Assembly (NCBI GenBank): GCA_963816495.1
Contig: CAWFKY010000006.1
Location: 53,677-85,676 of the forward strand
Direction: 5' to 3'
DNA: 32,000 nt
Source of the DNA: an uncultured Actinomycetota bacterium
GTDB lineage: Bacteria; Actinomycetota; Actinomycetes; Mycobacteriales; Mycobacteriaceae
Part shown: piece by piece, positions 15,871 through 24,297 of the stretch
How the letters are laid out: each line of letters opens with the position of its first letter
Numbering within the stretch: the stretch's first letter is position 1
Position numbers and translations under genes: made by a program
The notes under the pieces: generated by a model
Databases searched by the model: none
What the model was told of the DNA's origin: nothing
The model's input: the letters and a program-made list of their open reading frames with translations, nothing else

Positions 15871-16614
15871 ATGCATCTCAGGCTGCCAGGCCCGCTTGGC
15901 CGTCGGACCACTCACCCAAACCGGCTGTTGCTGCGTGCTGATGCCGGAACCGGCTTTTACGGCAACCAACAGGCCCGGCTGCTCAAGATTTACCTTGGCG
16001 CGACGACATTCCTCTATACCTACGGTGTTGTGTTCACCTTGTTTCCGATCCACCGAGGATTCAAGGGGGCGCATCCAATCGGGGGCATCGTGGCGATTGT
16101 CCTTGGTCTGGCGGCACTGCTGTGGCTTGCCGCTCGGCCCGACAAAACCGCGGCCTGCACGGATCCGCTGACGGGCTTGCTCAACCGCGCCGGCTGGGAG
16201 ATCGGGACGGTCGATCTGCTGACGCGATCACGTTCTTGGACAGCCACAATCACGGTCATCGCATTGGACATCGACAACCTCAAACAGATCAACGACATCG
16301 AGGGACACCTGGCGGGGGACGAACATCTGATCAGTTGTGCGGAACGCTGGCGGGAATTGCTTCCCGCCAACGCCGTCCTGGCCGGGCTCGGTGGCGACGA
16401 GTTCGCGGTGTGCGTCGCCGAGCGGGCGGGCTCGACGCCGACCTCAGCGGAGCTCTTCGTCGCCGGCGTCCGGCTGCGCACCCCGGAGACGAGCATCGGA
16501 ACGGCGGTCCACAGCGGCGACGCTGCCGATCCTGCCGACCCAGCCGACATAGCCGCGTTATACGCGAGCGCCGACGCCAGTCTCTACGCTGCCAAGTGCG
16601 AGAGATCGCGCTAG
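15871..16614 (+). CDS. Membrane-anchored GGDEF-domain diguanylate cyclase.
   Basis: Motifs: LTGLLNR...ALDIDNLKQINDIEGHLAGD...GLGGDEFAV (GGDEF codons 16390-16404) and ADASLYAAK. Two hydrophobic N-terminal spans. ATG 15871 is preceded by GGAGAGTCGAGGA. The ORF is open from 15712, but that would overlap hrpA. Confidence 0.85.
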   Translation: MHLRLPGPLGRRTTHPNRLLLRADAGTGFYGNQQARLLKIYLGATTFLYTYGVVFTLFPIHRGFKGAHPIGGIVAIVLGLAALLWLAARPDKTAACTDPLTGLLNRAGWEIGTVDLLTRSRSWTATITVIALDIDNLKQINDIEGHLAGDEHLISCAERWRELLPANAVLAGLGGDEFAVCVAERAGSTPTSAELFVAGVRLRTPETSIGTAVHSGDAADPADPADIAALYASADASLYAAKCERSR

Positions 16615-16649
16615 AGCATCCGCCGAATTCCTCTGGCGCCGTTGGTTAC

Positions 16650-17114
16650 TCACGCGTTCAGCGGATCGAACATGACCGAGGGGTCGATGCCGAGCTGGCG
16701 CGCGACGTGCGCGGCGTCCCAGTATTCGCGCCAGTGGGCGATCTTGCCGTCGCGGACCTCGAAGATCGCCACGACGTTGAACGAAACCTCCACGCCATTC
16801 ATGGCATTGATGTCCACGCGCTCGACGACCACGGTGTCATCGTTGGACACGATGGTGCGGATTTCACTCCCCTCGATCATGCCCGTCGAGAGCTGGCTGT
16901 GCTTTTCGAGCTCGGCGCGCGCTGCGTCGCGCCCGACGACCACCGGCGAAAGCGGCACATGGAGCTGCCAAACGAAATCGTCAGAAATCATCGCGGTCAT
17001 CGCATCGACGTCCATGCGCTCGCCGTAAGCGGCGTGTATAAAATCGACCACGATCTTTTCGATCTCACTTTTTGCCGCAACACTTTTGGCCATCACGTGT
17101 CCTTTTCTGGTCAT
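16650..17114 (-). CDS. SnoaL-like / limonene-1,2-epoxide hydrolase family (NTF2 fold) protein.
   Basis: About 150 aa, with a C-terminal motif DGKIAHWREYWD resembling the LEH-family DGKI..WRDYFD. GGAGG lies 8 nt upstream of ATG 17114. Confidence 0.6.
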   Translation of the reverse strand: MTRKGHVMAKSVAAKSEIEKIVVDFIHAAYGERMDVDAMTAMISDDFVWQLHVPLSPVVVGRDAARAELEKHSQLSTGMIEGSEIRTIVSNDDTVVVERVDINAMNGVEVSFNVVAIFEVRDGKIAHWREYWDAAHVARQLGIDPSVMFDPLNA

Positions 17115-17195
17115 CGGTACGCCTCCGACAATAGAAGACGATATGCGTCCTCCGGGCGTCAGCGAAAGACTCGGGCCAGACTTATTTTTGGCCGG

Positions 17196-18776
17196 CTAGC
17201 GGTTGGATTCGCGCCAGCCCCGCTCAAACGGCAACCGCCACGCATTGGGCGCGATCAACTGATGAATGGCGTTGGGGCCCCACGTGCCGGGCGGGTAACT
17301 CTTCACCGGCGGCGGGTCGTCGAGCAGATCCTGCGAACGCTCCCACAACGATTCGATGCCCTCGGCGGTGGTGAACAACGTGTGATCGCCACGCATCGCG
17401 TCGAGGATGAGGCGTTCGTAGGCCTCCAGCACGTCGGCGGAGGAAGAGATCTCCTTCGTGGAGAACTGCATGGACAATTTGTCGAGCTTCATACCAGGCC
17501 CGGGCCGCTTGCCGTAGAAGGACAGCGACACCTTGGAATTGTCGGCGAGGTCGAACGTCAAGTGGTCAGGGCCTTGGGTCCCCACCCCGGATCCCGGCGG
17601 GAACATGCTTCGAGGCGCCTCCCTGAACGCGATCGAGATGATACGGATGCCATCGGCCATCTTCTTGCCGGTACGCAGGTAGATCGGAACGCCGGCCCAG
17701 CGCCAGTTGTCGATGCCGACCTTGAGCGCGATAAACGTCTCGGTGTCGGAATCGTTTGCCACGCCGGGTAATTCGCGGTACCCCCCGAACTGGCCGCGCA
17801 CCACATTCGAATTCTGGATCGGCAGCATCGACCGGAACACCTTGTTCTTCTCTTCGCTGATGGCGTACGGCTCGAGTGCCGTCGGCGGCTCCATGACGAC
17901 GAACGCCATGACCTGGAGCAGGTGGGTGACCACCATGTCCTTATAGGCGCCGGTGCTTTCGTAGAAGTTGGCCCGCTCATCCAGGCCGAGGGTTTCGGGA
18001 ATGTCGATCTGCATGTGGTCGATGAAGTTGCGGTTCCAGATCGGCTCGAACAGACCGTTGGCGAAGCGGAACGCCAGGATGTTCTGGGCCGCCTCCTTGC
18101 CCAAGAAGTGGTCGATGCGGAAAATCTGGGATTCGTCGAACGTCTCGTGCACGAAATCGTTGAGCGCGACCGCGCTGGCCAAGTCGGTTCCGAATGGCTT
18201 TTCCATCACCACCCGCGAGCGCTCGACGAGATAGGCCTCGCGCAGCAGATTGATGACGTCGCGTGCCGCTTTCGGGGGAACCGACAGGTAATGCAGTCGC
18301 CGCGTTTTCGGGCCCAGGTTGACTTCGGCTTCGGCGACCGCGGCGGCCAGTGATGCGGGTCCGGCGCTCTGCGGGACGTACCTGAGGATTTTCGCGAAGT
18401 CGGCCCACTGTTCGTCGGTGAGCTTATGGGTGCCGAACGAGTCGATCGCGCTCTTGGCGAGTTCCCGGAACTCGTCGTCGGTGAGGTCCTCCAACGACGA
18501 CGCGATGATTTGGATGTCCGGCGCGAGCTCGGACTGATCCAGGTAGGCCAGGCCGGGGATCAGCTTGCGTTTGGCCAAGTCCCCGGTCGCCCCGAACAGG
18601 ACGATGACATGGGGGTCGAGGGGGTCGTAGTCGTGGCGGCGCGGCCGCGAGCCCGGCGCCGGATACGAGATAGTCTGCGGTTTCTTGGTGGCCACTCCCG
18701 CGATACTTCCACCGCCGCGCCATGTTCGCAGCACCGATGGCGTGTCGTTTACGGAAAAGCCACGTGCCGAACGCAA
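17196..18776 (-). CDS. zwf: Glucose-6-phosphate 1-dehydrogenase (NAD(P)-dependent Zwf type).
   Basis: Motifs: VLFGATGDLAKRKL (dinucleotide fold), RIDHFLGKE (active-site motif), DNWRWAGVPIYLRTGK. The start is uncertain: ATG 18776, or GTG 18695 (VATKKPQ...). Confidence 0.9.
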   Translation of the reverse strand: MRSARGFSVNDTPSVLRTWRGGGSIAGVATKKPQTISYPAPGSRPRRHDYDPLDPHVIVLFGATGDLAKRKLIPGLAYLDQSELAPDIQIIASSLEDLTDDEFRELAKSAIDSFGTHKLTDEQWADFAKILRYVPQSAGPASLAAAVAEAEVNLGPKTRRLHYLSVPPKAARDVINLLREAYLVERSRVVMEKPFGTDLASAVALNDFVHETFDESQIFRIDHFLGKEAAQNILAFRFANGLFEPIWNRNFIDHMQIDIPETLGLDERANFYESTGAYKDMVVTHLLQVMAFVVMEPPTALEPYAISEEKNKVFRSMLPIQNSNVVRGQFGGYRELPGVANDSDTETFIALKVGIDNWRWAGVPIYLRTGKKMADGIRIISIAFREAPRSMFPPGSGVGTQGPDHLTFDLADNSKVSLSFYGKRPGPGMKLDKLSMQFSTKEISSSADVLEAYERLILDAMRGDHTLFTTAEGIESLWERSQDLLDDPPPVKSYPPGTWGPNAIHQLIAPNAWRLPFERGWRESNR

Positions 18777-18805
18777 GCCGCCGTCGGCAGCGCAGAATAG
18801 CGGTC

Positions 18806-19081
18806 ATGAACGACATTGACGTATCGCTCTTCTGCCCCGCGCAGCATCACGTCGGCAATCTCGTCAAGAACGGCGCTCAGATCGGCTATCGGGCGCGCGA
18901 TAAGCAACAGCTGGGGGCCTGGCCCCAACATCAGGCCGATATGTGGTGGGAAGTCTCGTGCCCCGACGGCTGCCCCGGCGCGTTCGGTGGTGCTGTCGAT
19001 CCGATCCGGCAGGAAGTCGACCGGCTCGCGGCGGACCCGAGTCGGACGACAGCCCACTACACGCTCAAGCGCGTGGGCTGA
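18806..19081 (+). CDS. Small hypothetical protein (91 aa) with Cys/His clusters.
   Basis: ATG at 18806 inside the 18722..19081 ORF. By my count about 77% of codons end in G/C. The sequence is not Arg/Pro-rich. It fills the gap between zwf and the PE_PGRS gene. Motifs: FCPAQHH and SCPDGCPG. I recognise no homologue. Confidence 0.45.
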   Translation: MNDIDVSLFCPAQHHVGNLVKNGAQIGYRARDKQQLGAWPQHQADMWWEVSCPDGCPGAFGGAVDPIRQEVDRLAADPSRTTAHYTLKRVG

Positions 19082-19089
19082 GACTCACA

Positions 19090-20682
19090 TCAGGGCATGT
19101 AATCGAAGTATGTCGTCCCTTGACCGCTGGGGGTGTAGGAGATGTACACCGGTCCCTGCGCGAAGGGCTCGAATCCGGTGTTCATCGAGCCGCCCGACAC
19201 GCTAGTTGGGCTGTTCGCGGCCGTCGTCGTGTAGTGGTACAGCTCTGTGCCGTTTGGGTCGTAGACCGTGATGAGCGACCCCGTCGGCACCGATCCGACG
19301 GACGACGGGATGGTCCCGGTCACGCCGCCGGAGTCGATGAACGAGCCAGGAACAGCCACCTTAGTCCCTCCATCGATTGATACCTGCAGGTAGCTGATTG
19401 GCGCCCCGTCAGTCGAGTGCACGGCGGGCAGCGGGTTGGTGTTAGCGAACTGCAGATAACCCTGAGGTTCGTTGATCAGCACACCGTTGTTCATGGTGCT
19501 CGGCAACCCCGAGACCGGTGAGGCGCCGGGGCTCGGACCCCCCGCGTTGACCCCGATCCCCATGATCCCGGCCGCGCCGTTGCCGCCGGCGAAGTTTCCG
19601 AACGGTGTCGGGAAACTCAAGACGACGACGTCAACGGGGATCGAGGAGACGATGCCATTGCCGAAGTTCACCGTCGTGTCGAACTTGACGAAAAAGTACG
19701 TCAGCCCCCCGCTGTACGCGCCCATCCCGAGCCCGGTGGGCAGGCCGAGCTTGAACAGCCCGACGTCCCTGAGCGGGATGACCAGGCCGGTAGATCCGGT
19801 GTCGACCAAGACGGGCACGCTGGGTCCGCCGTTGACGGAGACGTCCACCACGGGTTCAGTGGTTTGGTATATCTGCATCGACACCCCGTTGGTCACCCCG
19901 GTGGTCCCGGTTTGCCCGCCGGCACCCCAGCTGCCGAACAATCGGCCGGGGACGCCTCCGGCTCCGCCGGCGACGTTGGGTCCGCCGTCGCCGCCGTGCC
20001 CGCCCGAACCGATGAAGAAGCCCCCGCTGCCGCCGGCGCCGCCGACGCCACCGGTCCCGCCGCCTCCAAGACCTCCGCCCTGGCCGCCGTTCCCGCCGTT
20101 ACCGAGCAGGGTCCCGCCGGCACCGCCGGCCCCGCCGGCGGCGCCGGTCCCACCGTTCCCGCCGTTACCCCCGTTGCCGACCAGCCCGGCGTCGCCGCCG
20201 TTGCCGCCGGCCATTCCGGTCCCACCCGAGCCGCCGTTGCCGCCGTTGCCGACGATCCACCCGCCGTCTCCGCCGGCGTCTCCGCTGCCCGGGGCTGCGT
20301 TGGCGCCGTTGCCGGCCAGGGGCCGCCCCGTCAGGTCCTTCCACGGCGAAAACCACTGGATCCCCGAGGCCGCGCTCTCCACAGCCTGCAGCGGCGAGGC
20401 GTTGGCGGCCTCCGCGGCCGCATACGCGCCTTCGGCGCCGCTCAACGTTTGCACAAACTGGGCATGAAACGCGCTGGCCTGCCCGCCGAGCGCCTGAAAG
20501 GCTTGGCCGTGCCCGGAAAACAGCGCCGCCACCGCGGTAGATACCTCGTCAGCGGCGGCAGCCACCAGCCCGGTGGTCGGAACAGCCGCCGCGGCGTGCG
20601 CCGCATCCAGCGCCGAACCGATGCCCCGCAAATCCGCCGTCGCTGACGCCAGTAATTGGGGGGTCACGTCCAGGAGTGACAC
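19090..20682 (-). CDS. PE_PGRS protein with a C-terminal pepsin-like aspartic protease domain (PecA / PE_PGRS35 type).
   Basis: GTG start (MSLLDVTPQLL...), PE domain with YAAAE, PGRS stretch. Protease motifs: VLVDTGSTGLVIP (Asp codon 19801-19803) and FIDSGGVTG (Asp codon 19333-19335). GAGGGGG lies upstream of the start. Confidence 0.9.
   Translation of the reverse strand: MSLLDVTPQLLASATADLRGIGSALDAAHAAAAVPTTGLVAAAADEVSTAVAALFSGHGQAFQALGGQASAFHAQFVQTLSGAEGAYAAAEAANASPLQAVESAASGIQWFSPWKDLTGRPLAGNGANAAPGSGDAGGDGGWIVGNGGNGGSGGTGMAGGNGGDAGLVGNGGNGGNGGTGAAGGAGGAGGTLLGNGGNGGQGGGLGGGGTGGVGGAGGSGGFFIGSGGHGGDGGPNVAGGAGGVPGRLFGSWGAGGQTGTTGVTNGVSMQIYQTTEPVVDVSVNGGPSVPVLVDTGSTGLVIPLRDVGLFKLGLPTGLGMGAYSGGLTYFFVKFDTTVNFGNGIVSSIPVDVVVLSFPTPFGNFAGGNGAAGIMGIGVNAGGPSPGASPVSGLPSTMNNGVLINEPQGYLQFANTNPLPAVHSTDGAPISYLQVSIDGGTKVAVPGSFIDSGGVTGTIPSSVGSVPTGSLITVYDPNGTELYHYTTTAANSPTSVSGGSMNTGFEPFAQGPVYISYTPSGQGTTYFDYMP
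19897..20325 (-). repeat. PGRS coding repeat.
   Basis: GGxGGx periodicity. The antisense strand gives the 331-aa poly-Pro ORF 19472..20467. Confidence 0.8.
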
Positions 20683-20774
20683 ATGGCCCCCTCGATCGCC
20701 GACTCAATGTGGGCTATAGCGTATCCAGAACGGGTCTGCGCAGGTGGGTTTTCATTGGACGTTCATGGGACTGG

Positions 20775-22232
20775 TCAGTCGAACTGCAGTGTCCCGTTGG
20801 TGTAGTCGAGGTAAATCGGCGTGTTTGCGAACGCTTCATACCCGGTGTTCTGGCTGCCCGAGGTGATGACCGTCGGGGCGTTGGTGCTGTTCACGACGTA
20901 CGAATAGACCGGGTTGGAGTAGCCGGGTGCATAGACGCTGATTTCTGTTCCATTCGGCACGGAGCTCGTCTGGCCCGGCAATTCGGACTGCAGGATGGTT
21001 CCGTACACGCCACCGGCATCGACGATCGTGCTCGGGTTCGGCGTGGTGACCGTGGTGGTGGCGCCCGGGTTGGTGACTACGTAAGTCAGGCCGCTGGTGG
21101 TGGACCCGCCGGGGACGGTGGCTACGGGTGTGTACGGGTTGGGCCCGAAGGTCAGCTGTCCGGCCGGCTCGTTGATGAGCACACCTTGACCGAGGCTGCC
21201 TGGCAACGCCGTGAGCGGGCTGCTGGTGTTTGGGCCCCCGGTGTTCGTCCCGACACCCAGAATCCCTACCGCGCCGTCGGATGAAGCAAAGCTAGAGAAC
21301 GACCCCGGGAATGAGAAGAAGACCGCGTCAATGGTGGTCGGCGAGGTGACGATCCCATTCCCGAAATTCACGGTGCCGTTGAACTTGAGGTAGAAGTAGG
21401 TGTCTCCGCCGCTGTAGGCGCCGACACCAATCCCCGTCGGCAGCCCCAGGTGCTGTAATCCGATGTCCTTCAACGGGATCACCAGACCGGTCGATCCGGT
21501 GTCGACCAGCAAGGGCACACTCGATCCGCCGTTGACCGAGGCGTGCACGATCGGCTCGGTGGTTCCAACCATGGTCAGCGGCACCGTCGCGTTCACGTTG
21601 GTACCGCCGGCTAGCCCGCTGGATCCGTTGGTGCCGAGCAGGGCGCCGCCGGTGCCTGCTGCGCCACCGATACCGACGGATCCGGTCGAAGCGGCCGCTC
21701 CTCCGGTGCCCCCGTTTCCGCCGACGCCGATCAGCCCGGCGTTACCGCCGTTGCCGCCGGCCTGCCCGGTCGCGCCTGAGCCGCCATTGCCGCCGTTGCC
21801 GAAGATCCACCCGCTGTCGCCGCCGGCCGCTCCAGTGCCCGCGGCTCCGTGAGCGCCATTGCCCACCAGTGGGCGTCCCGTCAGCGTCTGCCACGGTGAA
21901 AAGACCGCCAGGCTCTGCGCATCGGCTACCACGGCCTGCAGCGGCGACGCGTTGGCGGCCTCGGCGGCCGAGTAGGCGCTTTGCGCGCCGCTCAGGGCCT
22001 GGACGAACTGGCGGTGAAATGCGCTGGCTTGCGCGCTGAGCGTGTGAAAGGCCTGACCATAGTCGCTGAACAGCGCCGTCACCGTCGCCGAGACTTCGTC
22101 CGCGCCGGCGGCCGCCAGCCCCGTGGTCGGAGCGGCGGCCGCGGCGTGCGCCGCATTCAGCTCCGCACCGATGCGCTGCAAATCCGCTGCCGACGACTCC
22201 AGCAGCCCAGGAACCACGTTAAGAAGCGACAC
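20775..22232 (-). CDS. PE_PGRS protein with a C-terminal pepsin-like aspartic protease domain; tandem paralogue of the previous gene.
   Basis: GTG start (MSLLNVVPGLL...), YSAAE, short PGRS. Protease motifs: LLVDTGSTGLVIP (Asp codon 21501-21503) and a second site reading IVDAGGVYG (Asp codon 21018-21020, DAG instead of DSG/DTG). Confidence 0.9.
   Translation of the reverse strand: MSLLNVVPGLLESSAADLQRIGAELNAAHAAAAAPTTGLAAAGADEVSATVTALFSDYGQAFHTLSAQASAFHRQFVQALSGAQSAYSAAEAANASPLQAVVADAQSLAVFSPWQTLTGRPLVGNGAHGAAGTGAAGGDSGWIFGNGGNGGSGATGQAGGNGGNAGLIGVGGNGGTGGAAASTGSVGIGGAAGTGGALLGTNGSSGLAGGTNVNATVPLTMVGTTEPIVHASVNGGSSVPLLVDTGSTGLVIPLKDIGLQHLGLPTGIGVGAYSGGDTYFYLKFNGTVNFGNGIVTSPTTIDAVFFSFPGSFSSFASSDGAVGILGVGTNTGGPNTSSPLTALPGSLGQGVLINEPAGQLTFGPNPYTPVATVPGGSTTSGLTYVVTNPGATTTVTTPNPSTIVDAGGVYGTILQSELPGQTSSVPNGTEISVYAPGYSNPVYSYVVNSTNAPTVITSGSQNTGYEAFANTPIYLDYTNGTLQFD
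21597..21875 (-). repeat. PGRS coding repeat.
   Basis: GGxGGx periodicity. An antisense poly-Pro ORF lies at 21463..21852. Confidence 0.75.
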
Positions 22233-22375
22233 CGAGCCCCCCGCGTAAGACGTGCACAGATGCGTACGCCCATCAGCCTATCCAGATACTGCCCCCGGAT
22301 CCCGGCTTTCGCCACACGGGAGACCGGGCCCACGTCGATTCGAAGTCGTCGCCGGCCGTGTGCCAGGATTTGGGA

Positions 22376-23029
22376 ATGAGTCCACGCAGCCTTGCTCGCA
22401 TCTTTGGCGCCGTGTTCGTGACGACGTTGGCGCTGCTGAGCACTCCGATTTCAAGTCCCGCCGCTTCAGCCGATCCCTGCTCGGACGTCGCGGTGGTGTT
22501 CGCACGCGGCACCCACCAGGACCCCGGCCTCGGCAACATGGGACAGGCCTTCGTCGACTCGCTGACCTCCCAAGTTGGTGGGAAGTCCGTCGACGTCTAC
22601 GCGGTCAACTACCCGGCGAACGACGACTACCACAACAGCGCGAGTGCCGGCGCCAATGACGCGAGCGCCCACATTCAAGGCATCGTCGCCAGTTGTCCGA
22701 ACACGAAGATCGTGCTCGGTGGGTATTCACAAGGCTCGACGGTGATCGACTTGGCCACGACGCAAATGCCGCCCTCGGTGGCCGACCATGTCGCCGCGGT
22801 CGCCCTCTTCGGCGAGCCGTCCAGCGGGTTCTCGACCATGTTGTGGGGTGGCCAGCCGCTGCCGACGATCAACCCGGTGTACAACAACAAGGTCCTCAGC
22901 TTGTGCGCTCCCGACGACCCGATCTGCTCCGGGGGCGGCAACATCATTGCGCACGTCTCTTACATCGAGTCCGGCATGATCAACCAGGCCGCGACGTTCG
23001 CGGCCAACAAGGTCAATCAGGGGCGCTAG
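22376..23029 (+). CDS. cfp21: Secreted cutinase-family serine esterase, Cfp21 (Cut7)-like.
   Basis: Signal peptide [22 protein letters not shown]. Motifs: [19 protein letters not shown] (nucleophile Ser), [20 protein letters not shown]. Near-collinear with M. tuberculosis Cfp21 (Rv1984c) as I remember it. It sits next to a PE_PGRS35-type gene, as in M. tuberculosis. The ORF is open from GTG 22358. Confidence 0.85.
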   Translation: MSPRSLARIFGAVFVTTLALLSTPISSPAASADPCSDVAVVFARGTHQDPGLGNMGQAFVDSLTSQVGGKSVDVYAVNYPANDDYHNSASAGANDASAHIQGIVASCPNTKIVLGGYSQGSTVIDLATTQMPPSVADHVAAVALFGEPSSGFSTMLWGGQPLPTINPVYNNKVLSLCAPDDPICSGGGNIIAHVSYIESGMINQAATFAANKVNQGR

Positions 23030-23060
23030 CGCACCGCAAACCCGAAAAAGCCGGGAAAGC

Positions 23061-23714
23061 ATGGTGAAACCCGTTGTTGACTTGTTCCGCGACACGGTCG
23101 CGGTCCGGTTATCGGTCACCGTGGCGCTCGGGGTCGCGGTCGCCGTGGTGGTGGGCAACACCGTCAGTTGGCGTTTCGCGCTGGTCGGTTGGATCGCCGG
23201 TGCCGGTGTGTATGTCGCGTGGACGCAGCTCATCGTGTTGGGCATGGATGCCGACCAAACCCGCAGATGGGCGACGCGGGAGGACCCCACCCGCTGGGTC
23301 GCCGACGTGGTCGTCCTGTCGGCGAGCGTCGCGAGCCTGGGCGGGGTCGGCTACGTGGTGGCCGCCGGGTCACACACGGGGGCGGTCGCCCTGGCGGCCG
23401 CCATCGTCGGGGTCCTGACCGTAGCGGCGTCCTGGTTCGCCGTGCACACGCTGTTCACGGTGCACTACGCGCGGCTCTACTATTCGGGCGAGCCAGGAGG
23501 AATCAACTTCCACGATCCGGAGCCGCCGCGCTTCCGCGACTTCGCCTACGTCGCATTCACCGTGGGCATGACCTTCCAGGTATCAGACACCGAGATCTGC
23601 CTGACCTCGATCCGGGCGACCGTGCTGCGCCACGCACTGCTGTCCTACTTGCTTGGTGCGGTTGTCCTGGCCGTCACGATCAACTTGATCGCGGGGCTGG
23701 GTTCCAAGCTCTGA
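23061..23714 (+). CDS. DUF1345-family integral membrane protein.
   Basis: Several TM spans. The block [48 protein letters not shown] is typical of DUF1345. Confidence 0.7.
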   Translation: MVKPVVDLFRDTVAVRLSVTVALGVAVAVVVGNTVSWRFALVGWIAGAGVYVAWTQLIVLGMDADQTRRWATREDPTRWVADVVVLSASVASLGGVGYVVAAGSHTGAVALAAAIVGVLTVAASWFAVHTLFTVHYARLYYSGEPGGINFHDPEPPRFRDFAYVAFTVGMTFQVSDTEICLTSIRATVLRHALLSYLLGAVVLAVTINLIAGLGSKL

Positions 23715-23742
23715 TCGGCCCGCGCGAGTTACTCTGGCGGAC

Positions 23743-24291
23743 ATGGCCATTGAGTCCACCATGCTCGCCCTCGGCACCCCCGCACCGCACTTCGCACTTC
23801 CCGAGCCGGCCACCGGCAACACGGTCAGCCTCGACCAGCTCTCGGGTCCGGCCCTCGTCGTCACATTCATCTGTAACCACTGCCCTTACGTCCAGCACGT
23901 CGCCGCCGGGCTGGCCGCGCTCGGCCGGGACCTCGCCGACCGAGGCGTCGCGATGGTCGGCATCTCCAGCAACGACGTCGTCACCTACCCACAAGACGGA
24001 CCCGAGCAGATGGTCGCCGAAGCCGGCCGCCACGGCTGGACGTTTCCCTACCTCTACGACGAGACACAAGACGTCGCCCGGGCCTTCTCCGCGGCCTGCA
24101 CCCCCGACACATTCGTCTTCGACGGCGAGCGTCGACTCGTCTACCGCGGCCAGCTCGACGACTCGCGGCCCCGCAACGACCTACCGGTCACCGGCGCCGA
24201 TATCCGGGCGGCGGTCGACGCGCTTCTCGCCGGGCGGGAGGTAAACCCCGACCAGCGGCCGTCGATCGGCTGCGGTATCAAGTGGCGTTGA
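23743..24291 (+). CDS. Thioredoxin-fold (AhpC/TSA-redoxin-like) protein.
   Basis: Motifs: GTPAPHFALPE...ALVVTFICNHCPYV and TPDTFVFD. About 180 aa. Confidence 0.75.
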   Translation: MAIESTMLALGTPAPHFALPEPATGNTVSLDQLSGPALVVTFICNHCPYVQHVAAGLAALGRDLADRGVAMVGISSNDVVTYPQDGPEQMVAEAGRHGWTFPYLYDETQDVARAFSAACTPDTFVFDGERRLVYRGQLDDSRPRNDLPVTGADIRAAVDALLAGREVNPDQRPSIGCGIKWR

Positions 24292-24297
24292 GCGAGG

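Noticed and set aside
15777-15911. The extended hrpA N-terminus (MVRRPSGPGSLRCIPRLSWSRGEASEPYLKSALDIRSLRQPIVGG) and the extended GGDEF N-terminus from 15712.
   Set aside because: The two extensions overlap each other on opposite strands. Both internal ATGs (15776, 15871) have purine-rich Shine-Dalgarno-like sequences, and the extensions have atypical composition.
16122-17771. A 549-aa plus-strand ORF spanning the GGDEF 3' end, the SnoaL-like gene and zwf. Similar long antisense or off-frame ORFs occur at 12076..13173, 12122..13042, 5736..6740, 3169..4143, 25087..26034, 23168..24244 and 1032..1922.
   Set aside because: All of them overlap ORFs with unmistakable family motifs on the other strand or frame. 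Their translations are Arg/Pro/Gly/Ala-rich, with none of the motifs of known families. This is the usual stop-codon-poor artefact of high-GC DNA.
19472-20467. Poly-proline ORFs (also 8331..8609, 7964..9121, 21463..21852, 19864..20646) that look like proline-rich proteins.
   Set aside because: They are the antisense reading of GGN-rich PGRS repeats (CCN = Pro). The sense strand encodes complete PE_PGRS proteins with PE domains and C-terminal enzymatic domains.
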